The position numbers and the translations under genes were made by a program. Shown here piece after piece: positions 9,152 through 18,817 of a DNA stretch of 62,238 nt. Within the stretch, counting starts at the first letter, position 1. The number at the start of each line of letters is the position of its first letter. The notes beneath the pieces were generated by a model. It saw nothing but the letters and a program-made list of their open reading frames with translations, was not told the origin of the DNA and did no database searches. The DNA comes from Thermoplasmatales archaeon (GTDB lineage Archaea > Thermoplasmatota > E2 > DHVEG-1). Where the stretch lies: NCBI GenBank assembly GCA_020341795.1, contig CP070836.1, positions 765,439 to 827,676 on the forward strand, given 5' to 3'.

Positions 9152-9355
9152 TTATCTTTCTATTTCAAAGGATATTTGCATCTCAGCTCTATAAAGAACT
9201 GGTTTATCGTCTTCAACCTTTACATCAAACTTCATGACTTCCGCACGTCTAATCTTTCTAACAGTTTTAGCAGCACCAATAACTGCGTTTTTTGCAGCAT
9301 CAGCAAAACTTTTCTCAGAAATACCAACTATATCTATTATTTTATAAATTCCCAT
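9152..9355 (-). CDS. Dodecin family flavin-binding protein
   Basis: 67 aa; KIIDIVGISEKSFADAAKNAV...V pattern typical of dodecins. Confidence 0.75.
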   Translation of the reverse strand: MGIYKIIDIVGISEKSFADAAKNAVIGAAKTVRKIRRAEVMKFDVKVEDDKPVLYRAEMQISFEIER

Positions 9356-9464
9356 AAGTTTACCTCCAATATTTTTAGATGAATAATATAATTTCAGTAC
9401 TTAATTTTTTATATTCTTTGGAAATATTTATAAAACAGCCTTATTTTCATGAATTGAAGATAAT

Positions 9465-9800
9465 ATGTCAGATGAACCAGTAATATTAAGAAGTGGAGAG
9501 CAAAAAAGTATTATTGAAACACCTGGTAAAAAGTTTAGATTAATGATTAAATCAAAAAATTTAGAAGCAATTATTGCAGAAATCGAGCCGCATACCTCAT
9601 CCCGTTGGTATAAACATAATGGAGAAGAACTACATTATGTTCTTGAAGGTGAAATAGAATATGAAGTAGGTGATCAATCATTTAAACTAAAAAAAGGAGA
9701 GCTTCTCTGGCATAAATCAACAGTTAAACATAGAGCTGTTAATCACACAAGTATAAAAGCAAAATATGCAACAGTTGGTACACCACCAACTTTCATGTAG
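9465..9800 (+). CDS. Cupin domain protein
   Basis: 111 aa; H-x-H..E-like core (WYKHNGEELHYVLEGE ... H) consistent with a cupin_2 fold. Confidence 0.7.
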   Translation: MSDEPVILRSGEQKSIIETPGKKFRLMIKSKNLEAIIAEIEPHTSSRWYKHNGEELHYVLEGEIEYEVGDQSFKLKKGELLWHKSTVKHRAVNHTSIKAKYATVGTPPTFM

Positions 9801-9872
9801 AATTTTTATAAAAACTTATAATAAAGAAATATATATCAGCTATCCTAAAACTTATAAGGGGGATATAAAAAA

Positions 9873-10343
9873 ATGAGTATTGACTTTAATGCAGATGAGG
9901 TTTTTGAAATAGCTGAGCAAATAGAGCGTAATGGTGCTAAGTTTTATAGATCATCTGCTAAAAACATAACAGATGAGAAAAACAAAAAACTTTTACTTGA
10001 TCTGGCAAAAATGGAAGATGAACATGAAATAATTTTTAAAAATCTGAGAAACAAGCTTAGCCAAGATGAAAAAGTAGAAACTACATTTGATCCAAATGGT
10101 GAAGCTGAAGCCTATCTACGTTCGCTTGCAGACACCCGTATTTTTTATGAAAAAGATATTGACACGTCCAATTTTAAGGAAATATTAAAAAGTGCAATAA
10201 CTGCTGAAAAAGACTCGATAGTATTTTACATTGGAATGAAAGATGTTGTACCAAGCCACCTTGGAAAAGACAAATTAGACGATATCATAAAAGAAGAAAT
10301 GAGCCATATCAGACTTCTAAGTAAAAAATTGTTAGAGTTATAA
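9873..10343 (+). CDS. Ferritin-like/rubrerythrin family diiron protein
   Basis: Two E..H motifs (MEDEHE, EEMSHI) and helix-rich sequence; 156 aa. Confidence 0.7.
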   Translation: MSIDFNADEVFEIAEQIERNGAKFYRSSAKNITDEKNKKLLLDLAKMEDEHEIIFKNLRNKLSQDEKVETTFDPNGEAEAYLRSLADTRIFYEKDIDTSNFKEILKSAITAEKDSIVFYIGMKDVVPSHLGKDKLDDIIKEEMSHIRLLSKKLLEL

Positions 10344-10630
10344 AAAAGGAAGTTTAAAATTACGAATTTTAGTGTTTATTATTATCTTCTTCAAGTTTCA
10401 GTGTTAATTCTGCGATTTTTTTCATTTTTTGATTATATTTTTTATTTTTTTTCATATCTTTATATTCTTTATGTGTATGTTCTTGGCTTGTTTCATAGAG
10501 TAATTTATCAATTTCTTTTTGGATTTCTTCATATTCTTTATTCGTTTATTCACCACCTTCCATCTTTATATCGTACTAGAATAGCATGTTACTCTTTGCC
10601 ATTTATTATATTTAAAACTAATTTGTTAAA

Positions 10631-10650
10631 ATGACAAAATGAAAAAAATA
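10631..10650 (-). terminator. Oligo-T tract downstream of the last gene of the large minus-strand cluster
   Basis: On the minus strand a T7 run (10642-10648) lies about 45 nt after the stop at 10692. Archaeal terminators are typically oligo-T. Confidence 0.3.
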
Positions 10651-10691
10651 TGGGTTTTAAACCATAGGTGTTTTAATTTGATTTGTATATT

Positions 10692-11057
10692 TTATTTTTT
10701 ATCAGGAAATCTTGGTACTGTTGCTTTTGAAATTTCCTTTAACTTTCCTTGTTCAAATTGTTTGATAGCATCTGTTATTTTTCCTTTAGCCTGGTATACC
10801 TTTATCCCATAGCGTTTAAATATTTCAAATGCTCTTGGACCGATATTTTCAGTAATTACAGCATCAATTCCTTCATTTGCAACTATTTGACCAACCATTG
10901 CTCCAATTTCACTTGGATTTTCTCTGATTGTGTTAAAAATTGCTTTTAGTGAATTGGTTTCTTTATCTACAATCAGGAAGAATGCACATCTATGAATTGT
11001 AGTATCAATATTACTATACTCTATTGTATTTCCTGTTGAACTTATACATATTTTCAT
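10692..11057 (-). CDS. NifB/NifX-family (dinitrogenase FeMo-cofactor-binding fold) protein
   Basis: 121 aa; GIDAVITENIGPRAFEIFKRYGIKVY is typical of NifX/NifB C-terminal domain proteins. Confidence 0.75.
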   Translation of the reverse strand: MKICISSTGNTIEYSNIDTTIHRCAFFLIVDKETNSLKAIFNTIRENPSEIGAMVGQIVANEGIDAVITENIGPRAFEIFKRYGIKVYQAKGKITDAIKQFEQGKLKEISKATVPRFPDKK

Positions 11058-11089
11058 TTTTTATAACCTCTTCTATCCAATTACATTAA

Positions 11090-14000
11090 TTATTTACCTA
11101 AGGCTTTAATCATTGATAATATCTGTCCATCTGTAAATCCAAGATGACTAATTGCACCGTTTAGACAGGCAGCAGAACATGAACCACATCCCTTACAGAG
11201 AGCCTCATTTACTTTTGCTACTAATACCCTATGGCCAAATCGATTGACTTCTTTAAGTTCAATGGCCTTATATGGACATGCATCTACACAGAAACCACAT
11301 CCGCGACATAATTCTTCATTTACATTTGCAACAGTTGCTTCGATTTCTAGTTGTTTTTTAGATAGAATGTCACATACTCTTGATGCAGCACCACTGGCTT
11401 GTGCAACAGTATCAGGTACATCCTTTGGACCCTGACAACAACCTGCTAAAAATATTCCATCTGTAAATGTATCAACTGGTCTAAGTTTTGGATGCGCTTC
11501 TAAGAAGAATCCATCTGCACTCTGATTTATATTTAAAATCCTAGCAAGAGCAATATTATCTTTTCGTGGGATAATACCAGTAGCTAAAACCACCAGGTCT
11601 GCTTTAGTATCAGGATGTCCCTTTGCTCTGACTATAACTTTCCCATTTTTCTTAGTAACCTTTATAGGATCATTTAGATCTCTACGTCGATAGGTGATTC
11701 CTTCACCTTGAACACGGTTGTAGAATTCTTCATATCCTTTTCCAAATGCACGCATATCAGTATAATAAATTGTTAGTTTTGAATTTGGAATTTTATCTCT
11801 GACCATGTGAGCCTGTTTTGCAGTATACATACAACAAACACGTGAACAATACTCATTGGTCTCTTTATCACGAGAACCTACACATTGAATGAATACAACA
11901 TTCTTTGGTTCCTTTCCATCTATTTGGATGTGCCCTTCTGTAGGTCCTGATGCTGAAACTAATCGTTCAAATTCAAGCCCTGAAATTACATTTTTATATT
12001 TGTTATATCCATATTCTGGTTTAGCTATTGGATCAAATAAATCAAAACCAGTTGCTACAACAATTGCACCAATATCTAGATTTACTATTTCCTCCTGAGC
12101 GTTATGGATAATTGCATCTGCTTCACAGGTTGTTTCACATTGTTTACAAATTGAACAAACATTACAACTCAAGCATCTTTGTGCTTCTTTAACTGCCATC
12201 TCCTCAGTTAATTCAAGCTCGACTTCCTTGAAGTTATGAATTCTATCTTTAACCGGGAGTTCAGGAAGCTTTACACGAGGTTTTTTCTCAAACTCACGTT
12301 CAGGTAAGGGTGCCACTATTGGTTCTTTTACGATTCGGCCTTTTTTCATGTCCTCACCTCGAAGATATCGATCAATTGATGTTGCAGCCTCATGGCCTTT
12401 TGCTATCGCGGTTATAACTAGACCAGGACCTTCAACTGCATCACCCGCCGCAAAAATACCAGGTACATTTGTTTCCTGTGTAATTCCATCGACTTGAAGT
12501 AATCCACCCTTAGTTACAAGAACACCATCACCAGCTTTTAACAATGTAAAATCAACTTCTTGCCCAATAGCAACAATAACTGAATCCGCCTCGATAATTG
12601 ACTCGGTTTCGGGGACTACCTGTGGATTAAAATTCCCATCTTTATCAAACACTGAACTGCAATTAATAGTTTCCAATCCAACAACCTTTCCTTCAACACC
12701 AAGGATTCTTTTTGGCATGAGACGAGGATGAATAACAACACCTTCTTCTTCAGCCTCTCGAATTTCATAATCAAAAGCTGGCATTTCTTCTCGAGACTCA
12801 ACACAGACAACATGAGTTTCTTTTGCACCAATTCGAACTGCTGAACGAGCAACATCAAATGCAACATTTCCTCCACCAATAACAACAACCTTTTTCCCCA
12901 GTTCTATCTTTTCGCCAACACTAAGTGCTCTTAAAAATGCAGTGAAGCCAAACACTCCTTTTAATTCAAGATGTTCTGTTGCAATTGGTATGACACCATT
13001 TTCTCGAAGTTCAATATTTACATGTGTTTCTGCAAGTGATGAAAGCATCGACATCTGACCAATTGCTGAGATTACGATATCTGCATCTAAGGTAAATGTC
13101 GATCCCAGGATAGGTACTGGTCGTCGTCTCCCAGTATCATCAGGTTCACCAAGTTTCATTCGTTGACATTCAATTCCAATAACCTTTCCCTTATCTCCTA
13201 ATATTTTCTTTGGAGCTGAAAGGTAATAAAATGAGATTCCTTCTTTTTCACAATCTTCTAATTCAGATTTCAATGCAGGAATTTCCGCCCTTGTTCTACG
13301 ATAAATAACAAATGCGGATTTTGCACCTAAACGGACAGCTGTTCGAACAGAATCAAGCGCAACATTTCCACCACCAATTACGGCAACAATTTTATCTTTG
13401 AAATCCAATTTTTTTCCGATACGTGTATCATGCAAAAATCCTGATGCATGAACAACACCTGTTAAATCTTCACCTTCGACACCTAAACGTTTACTTTTAT
13501 GTGTTCCTATCGCAATAAAAATTGCTTCATATCCGGCTTTTTTAAGATCCTTTAAGGTAAGATCAGGGCCAATTGGTGTATTTGTCCGGATTTCAACACC
13601 AGCTTGTTTAATTCGTTCTATATCATAATCAAGGATGTCCTCTGGTAACCGATACTTAGGCACACCAACACGTAACATACCACCAGATTTAGATAGTGCT
13701 TCGAATACCGTAGGTTTATATCCTTTCAAAGCAAGGTCATATGCAACAGTCAAACCTGCTGGACCAGCTCCCACGATAGCTACCTTTTTACCAGCCACAG
13801 GATTTATTTCTTCTTCTTCTTTCTCAGTGTCTTTTTCTTTTTTTGTCTCTTTCTTTTTTGTTTTATTACCGTGTTTCATCTCCCAATCTGATGCAAATCT
13901 TTTTAATGCTCTTACTGCAACTGCTTCATCGATATCCTTTCGATTGCAATTTTCCTCACAGACATGGGTACAAATCCGACCACATACACTTGGGAAGGGA

Positions 14001-14974
14001 TTGTTCTCACGAACTAAATCAATAGCCTCTTGAAATTTTCCTTCACGAATAAGAGCTACATATCCTTGAGCATTTACACCAGCAGGACATGCATTAACAC
14101 ATGGTGGAATACCAATCTTATCAATTGTATATTTCTGAGGCACCGCTTGTGGAAACGGAATATAAATTGCTTTTCTATCACCCTGACCCATATTAAACTC
14201 ATCTTCTAATATCACAGGGCATTCTTTAGTACATTCACCACAACCTGTACATTTATCCATGTCTATATATCTAGGTTTCTTACGAACTTGTACATTGAAA
14301 TTACCAACGTAACCTTCAATTCCCGCAACTTCTGAATACGTAAGTAGCTCAATATTAGGATGACGTGCAACATTAACCATCTTTGGTGTCAATATACATG
14401 CTGAACAGTCCATAGTTGGAAAAGTCTTATCTAGTTGTGCCATTCGCCCACCAATGCTAGGTGTTTTTTCTACAAGATATGTTTTAAATCCCATATCTCC
14501 GATGTCAAGTGCTGCTTGAATTCCAGCAATACCACCACCAATTACCATAGCAGTTGGTGTTACACCTACTTTCTTTTTCTCAAGAGGTGATGAAAGAGAA
14601 GTATTAAGAACAGCACTCTTAATTAAAGAAAATGCTTTTTTGGTTGCTTTTTCCCGATCTTTATGGACCCAAGAACATTGCTCTCTGATGTTAACCATTG
14701 TTAAAAAATATGGATTAACATCCATATCTTCAAGAACAGCTCGGAAAGTTGGTTCATGCATTCGGGGACTACAAGACGCTACAATGACACGGTCTAATTT
14801 CTTTTCTTTTATATCATTTTTAATTAGTTCTTGCCCAGGATCTGAACACATATACTTATAAAATCGGCTAACTGCTACGTTTGGTAATAATTTTGCTTGT
14901 TCTGCTATTTTTTCAACATCAACAGTTGCAGCTATGTTAACTCCACATTCACAAACATAAACTCCTATTTTCAT
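11090..14974 (-). CDS. hdrA: HdrA-type flavoprotein with an embedded GltD/NfnB-like NAD(P)H oxidoreductase module (1294 aa)
   Basis: HdrA N-terminal domain (YVCECG...ASCSPRMHEP...REQCSWVH), FAD motif VIGGGIAGIQAAL, and TFPTMDCSACIL. Residues about 287-932 (nt 12179-14116) are GltD-like: CVNACPAG...NPFPSVCGRICTHVCEENC, VGAGPAGL, and two GGGNVA(L/F)D Rossmann motifs. The HdrA core then resumes (VATGFDLFDP, FIQCVGSRD, YCSRVCCMY) and ends in C-terminal 2x[4Fe-4S] motifs. Confidence 0.85.
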   Translation of the reverse strand: MKIGVYVCECGVNIAATVDVEKIAEQAKLLPNVAVSRFYKYMCSDPGQELIKNDIKEKKLDRVIVASCSPRMHEPTFRAVLEDMDVNPYFLTMVNIREQCSWVHKDREKATKKAFSLIKSAVLNTSLSSPLEKKKVGVTPTAMVIGGGIAGIQAALDIGDMGFKTYLVEKTPSIGGRMAQLDKTFPTMDCSACILTPKMVNVARHPNIELLTYSEVAGIEGYVGNFNVQVRKKPRYIDMDKCTGCGECTKECPVILEDEFNMGQGDRKAIYIPFPQAVPQKYTIDKIGIPPCVNACPAGVNAQGYVALIREGKFQEAIDLVRENNPFPSVCGRICTHVCEENCNRKDIDEAVAVRALKRFASDWEMKHGNKTKKKETKKEKDTEKEEEEINPVAGKKVAIVGAGPAGLTVAYDLALKGYKPTVFEALSKSGGMLRVGVPKYRLPEDILDYDIERIKQAGVEIRTNTPIGPDLTLKDLKKAGYEAIFIAIGTHKSKRLGVEGEDLTGVVHASGFLHDTRIGKKLDFKDKIVAVIGGGNVALDSVRTAVRLGAKSAFVIYRRTRAEIPALKSELEDCEKEGISFYYLSAPKKILGDKGKVIGIECQRMKLGEPDDTGRRRPVPILGSTFTLDADIVISAIGQMSMLSSLAETHVNIELRENGVIPIATEHLELKGVFGFTAFLRALSVGEKIELGKKVVVIGGGNVAFDVARSAVRIGAKETHVVCVESREEMPAFDYEIREAEEEGVVIHPRLMPKRILGVEGKVVGLETINCSSVFDKDGNFNPQVVPETESIIEADSVIVAIGQEVDFTLLKAGDGVLVTKGGLLQVDGITQETNVPGIFAAGDAVEGPGLVITAIAKGHEAATSIDRYLRGEDMKKGRIVKEPIVAPLPEREFEKKPRVKLPELPVKDRIHNFKEVELELTEEMAVKEAQRCLSCNVCSICKQCETTCEADAIIHNAQEEIVNLDIGAIVVATGFDLFDPIAKPEYGYNKYKNVISGLEFERLVSASGPTEGHIQIDGKEPKNVVFIQCVGSRDKETNEYCSRVCCMYTAKQAHMVRDKIPNSKLTIYYTDMRAFGKGYEEFYNRVQGEGITYRRRDLNDPIKVTKKNGKVIVRAKGHPDTKADLVVLATGIIPRKDNIALARILNINQSADGFFLEAHPKLRPVDTFTDGIFLAGCCQGPKDVPDTVAQASGAASRVCDILSKKQLEIEATVANVNEELCRGCGFCVDACPYKAIELKEVNRFGHRVLVAKVNEALCKGCGSCSAACLNGAISHLGFTDGQILSMIKALGK

Positions 14975-14987
14975 AGCATCATTCCCC

Positions 14988-16934
14988 CTAGCCTACAAGT
15001 CCTCCTATTTGAGCAAGTAGTTGTTTCATATCAAAATGTTTCATTGAAATACAACCAGTTGGGCATGCTGATGCACATGAACCGCATCCTTTACATAGCA
15101 CATCATTTACCCGCATTATTTTATCTTTTTCATCAAACTCAAGAGCAGAATATGCACAGAGATCTTCACATATTCGGCATCCGCTACATAAATCTTCATC
15201 AATGTTTGCAGAAATTGCTTCTACCTCTACTTTACCTGCTGCAAGTGGCTCAGCTGCTCTAACCGCTGCACCACTAGCTTGTGCAACAGCATCAGGGATA
15301 TCCTTTGGACTTTGACAACAACCTGCTAAAAATATTCCATCTGTAAATGTATCAACTGGTCTAAGCTTTGGATGTGCCTCTAGGAAGAATCCATCTGCAC
15401 TCTGGTTGATATTTAAAATCCTAGATAACTCCTTTGAATCTTTTCTTGGTATTATACCCGTTGCAAGTACTACAAGGTCTGCTTCAATATCAGGATGCCC
15501 CTTGGCTTTTACAACGACTCTGTCACCTTGCTTGTTAACCTTTATAGGATCACCAAGATCTCTACGTCGATAGGTGATTCCTTCTCCTTGAACACGATTG
15601 TAGAATTCTTCAAAACCTTTACCGAAAGCTCGAACATCTGTAAAATAAATTATTAAATCTGCATCTGGAATTTTATCTTTTACCATATGAGCTTGTTTTG
15701 CAGTATACATACAACAAACACGGGAACAATACTCATTAGTCTCTTTATCACGAGAACCCACACATTGAATAAATACAACTTTTTTTGGTTTTTTACCATT
15801 AATTTCAACGTGCCCTTCTGTGGGTCCTGATGCTGAAACTAATCGTTCAAATTCAAGACCTGTAATAACATTATCATATTGACCATAACCATATTCTGCT
15901 TTTTTAGCAGGATCGAACAACTCGTAACCTGTAGCAACCACAATTGTCCCAACTTCAACTTCTACAATTTCTTCTTTCTGATCAAAATCTATTGCATTTC
16001 TATCATCACATGCTTCAATACATAAAGCATGGTCACCACATTTACCAGTTTTGAGAGTTATACAAGTTTCAGGATCGATGGTATATTTAAGTGGAACAGA
16101 TTGTGGAAATGGAACATAAATAGCACTACGTTTACTCATTTTCATGTCAAATTCATTTGGTATTCTATTGTGAAGCCTACAGGCTTCAGCACATGCTCCG
16201 CATCCAACACATTTCTCAATGTCAACATATCTAGGTTTCTTTTTAATTTTCACTTTGAAATTACCTATATATCCTTCAACATCTTGCACTTCTGAATAGG
16301 TAAAAAGTTCAATATTTGGATGACGTGCTACATCCACCATTTTAGGCGTAAGTATACATGCAGAACAGTCCATAGTGGGAAAAGTCTTATCAAGTTGAGC
16401 CATATGTCCACCGATACTTGGGTTTCGTTCTACAAGATACACCTTAAAACCTTTTTCTGCAATCTCAAGGGCTGCCTGAATTCCAGCGATACCCCCACCC
16501 ACAACAAGTGCTCGTGGAATTACACTTACTTCCTTTTTTTCAAGAGGTTCTAAAAAAGTTGCTCTTGCAACTGCTCCTTCAACTAAATGCTTAGCTTTTG
16601 CAGTTGCTCTGTCTTTGTCCTCATGAACCCATGAGCAATGTTCTCGTAGATTAACCATTTCAAAATAGTATGGATTCATACCCATATCCTCTAGAACAGC
16701 TCTGAAAGTAGGCTCGTGCATTCGTGGACTACACGATGCAACTACAACTCGATCTAATTTCATCTCTTTGATATCTTTTTTTATTAGCTCTTGTCCAGGA
16801 TCAGAACACATATATTTATAAAAACGAGCAACTTCTACACTAGGTAAGGTACTTGCGTATTTTACTACTTCTTCAACATCAACTGTTTGAGAAATATTGA
16901 TTCCACATTGACAGATATATACACCAATTTTCAT
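14988..16934 (-). CDS. hdrA: Heterodisulfide reductase subunit A (canonical length, 648 aa)
   Basis: All HdrA hallmarks are present: N-terminal Cys domain, VVGGGIAGIQAAL, TFPTMDCSACIL, inserted ferredoxin motifs, FIQCVGSRD, YCSRVCCMY and a C-terminal ferredoxin domain. Confidence 0.9.
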   Translation of the reverse strand: MKIGVYICQCGINISQTVDVEEVVKYASTLPSVEVARFYKYMCSDPGQELIKKDIKEMKLDRVVVASCSPRMHEPTFRAVLEDMGMNPYYFEMVNLREHCSWVHEDKDRATAKAKHLVEGAVARATFLEPLEKKEVSVIPRALVVGGGIAGIQAALEIAEKGFKVYLVERNPSIGGHMAQLDKTFPTMDCSACILTPKMVDVARHPNIELFTYSEVQDVEGYIGNFKVKIKKKPRYVDIEKCVGCGACAEACRLHNRIPNEFDMKMSKRSAIYVPFPQSVPLKYTIDPETCITLKTGKCGDHALCIEACDDRNAIDFDQKEEIVEVEVGTIVVATGYELFDPAKKAEYGYGQYDNVITGLEFERLVSASGPTEGHVEINGKKPKKVVFIQCVGSRDKETNEYCSRVCCMYTAKQAHMVKDKIPDADLIIYFTDVRAFGKGFEEFYNRVQGEGITYRRRDLGDPIKVNKQGDRVVVKAKGHPDIEADLVVLATGIIPRKDSKELSRILNINQSADGFFLEAHPKLRPVDTFTDGIFLAGCCQSPKDIPDAVAQASGAAVRAAEPLAAGKVEVEAISANIDEDLCSGCRICEDLCAYSALEFDEKDKIMRVNDVLCKGCGSCASACPTGCISMKHFDMKQLLAQIGGLVG

Positions 16935-16950
16935 ATCTTATCCCAAACCT

Positions 16951-17790
16951 CTATCTTTCACCTTGAAGTTTTTTTAACTCTCTATATGAAAACACAGGTC
17001 CATCTTTACACACATAAAGATTTCCAATATTACATCGGCCACATTTACCTATTCCACATTTCATTCTCATCTCAAGTGTGGTAAAGATTTGGTCATCGTT
17101 AAATCCAAGTTTTTCCAAGTTTTGAATTACAAATTTAATCATAATAGGTGGACCACAGGTTACTGCAATTGTGTTTTTAGGGGATGGTTTAACCTTTAGA
17201 AGGTTGTCAGGTACGAATCCTACAAACTTTTTCCAACCATCCTCTTTTACATCAATTGATAGATGAACACTCACATCTTTACGTTTCTCAAGCTCAGCAA
17301 ACTCATCTTTAAATGAAATATCCTCTGTGGTTCTTGCACCATAGATTACATCCAATTTCCCATAGTCTTTCTTGTTATCAAGTACATAGTCTATTAGACA
17401 TCTCAATGGTGCTTGTCCTATTCCACCGCCAATGAATACTATGTTTTTTCCTTTCCAACCTTTCATATCAAAATTATTGCCATATGGGCCCCGTACACCT
17501 ACAACATCACCTACTTCTGCTTCATGGAGTGCTTTTGTTACTTTTCCATGTCGCATTACACTTACTTCAATGTACCCTTTTTTAGTTGGTGAAGAAGAAA
17601 TAGCAAACATACATTCTCCTTTTCCAAGTAAGCTTACCATTGCACATTGACCAGGTTGAAACATAAAATTATTCTGCAAATTTTTATCCTGAAACTTCAG
17701 TCTAAAGGTTTTTATTGCTCTTTCGCCTCCAACTTCTTCTTTTATATTTTCTATAGTTGCGAGATTTGGTTGATATGGATTTTCGCTCAT
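16951..17790 (-). CDS. FAD/NAD(P)-binding [2Fe-2S] oxidoreductase subunit (FlxA / HydG / AsrB / PyrK-like)
   Basis: 279 aa; GGGIGQAPL NAD(P) motif and C-terminal CGIGKCGRC cluster motif. Confidence 0.75.
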   Translation of the reverse strand: MSENPYQPNLATIENIKEEVGGERAIKTFRLKFQDKNLQNNFMFQPGQCAMVSLLGKGECMFAISSSPTKKGYIEVSVMRHGKVTKALHEAEVGDVVGVRGPYGNNFDMKGWKGKNIVFIGGGIGQAPLRCLIDYVLDNKKDYGKLDVIYGARTTEDISFKDEFAELEKRKDVSVHLSIDVKEDGWKKFVGFVPDNLLKVKPSPKNTIAVTCGPPIMIKFVIQNLEKLGFNDDQIFTTLEMRMKCGIGKCGRCNIGNLYVCKDGPVFSYRELKKLQGER

Positions 17791-18806
17791 GGTTTCACCT
17801 CCCCTGCACGGGTTACTACATCAATTATATCAATATTTACTGGGCATCCTTCTATACATCTACCGCATCCTACACATGCTATTACATCCAGATTTTTCGG
17901 GTAATAATTATATTTATGATATACACGATTACGTACTCTATTAGCACGTGTTGGTCTTGGATTATAACCTGATGCTTGAAGTGTATACTCAGGAATCATA
18001 CATGTATCCCATATACGAACGCGTCCACCCTCTATCATCGTTGATTCATCCTGTATATCAAAACAATGACATGTTGGACAAAGATAAGTACAAGTACCGC
18101 ATCTTAAACATTTATCAGCAATTTCTTTCCAAAAATGATTTTCAAATATTTTATCCAGTTTTTCATCGATTTTATCAATCTTCTGAAAACGTGTTATTGA
18201 GTTAACTGCTTTCTTTTCGACTTCTTTTTTCTTTGTTTCATCTGCTTTTGTAGCAGGTTTAAAAAGGCTTGATTTAACAATCTTTTTACCTTTTTCACTG
18301 TTTACCTCTACAAAATATTTTTCTCCTATATCTGTTAGCAATATATCAACATGTTTTGAGGAAGCAGGACTGTCATTAAAAGAAGTACAAAAACAGTTTG
18401 GATAAGGATTTGTACAGCTTAGACCAACTAGTAACATGTTATCTCTCCTTGTTACATAAAAAGGATCTTCAAAATCTTCTTTGAAGACTGGATCAATGAT
18501 AAAAAAGCTTTTAGCATCACATGGTCTTATTCCAAAGATTGCTTTTTTACTGTTATTTATATCAGGTGGTTGGATTTTAACCTTGGTACCAGGTGTAAAT
18601 TTAAAAAGTGTTTCAGTCTGACAAAATAAAAGGCTCTTCGGTGGGAGTTTTGAGTTATCATATTTCATGTTTATATCTTTAGGATTTTTTATTTCTTTGA
18701 AGTACGTTTCATCATTAACCTCTACAGGTGCGAACACTTTATTTTTACCCATGATTTCTGTAATAAACTTAGGGAGGTTATCTTTAGATAAAATATATCC
18801 GCTCAT
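17787..18806 (-). CDS. Iron-sulfur subunit (FlxB / HydB / AsrA-like, 2x[4Fe-4S])
   Basis: CLRCGTCTYLCPTCHC and CVGCGRCIEGCP motifs. 4-nt overlap with the downstream FlxA-like gene. Confidence 0.7.
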   Translation of the reverse strand: MSGYILSKDNLPKFITEIMGKNKVFAPVEVNDETYFKEIKNPKDINMKYDNSKLPPKSLLFCQTETLFKFTPGTKVKIQPPDINNSKKAIFGIRPCDAKSFFIIDPVFKEDFEDPFYVTRRDNMLLVGLSCTNPYPNCFCTSFNDSPASSKHVDILLTDIGEKYFVEVNSEKGKKIVKSSLFKPATKADETKKKEVEKKAVNSITRFQKIDKIDEKLDKIFENHFWKEIADKCLRCGTCTYLCPTCHCFDIQDESTMIEGGRVRIWDTCMIPEYTLQASGYNPRPTRANRVRNRVYHKYNYYPKNLDVIACVGCGRCIEGCPVNIDIIDVVTRAGEVKP

Positions 18807-18817
18807 TACATATCACC

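Noticed and set aside
10369-10563. Minus-strand coiled-coil-like small ORF in the 10344-10691 gap: MEGGE, then an in-frame TAA, then 53 sense codons (…EYEEIQKEIDKLLYETSQEH…) ending at TAA.
   Set aside because: The stop comes after only five codons, and the remaining frame has no plausible start until an internal ATG that would give only 28 aa. There is no recognisable domain. It is probably non-coding or a decayed remnant.
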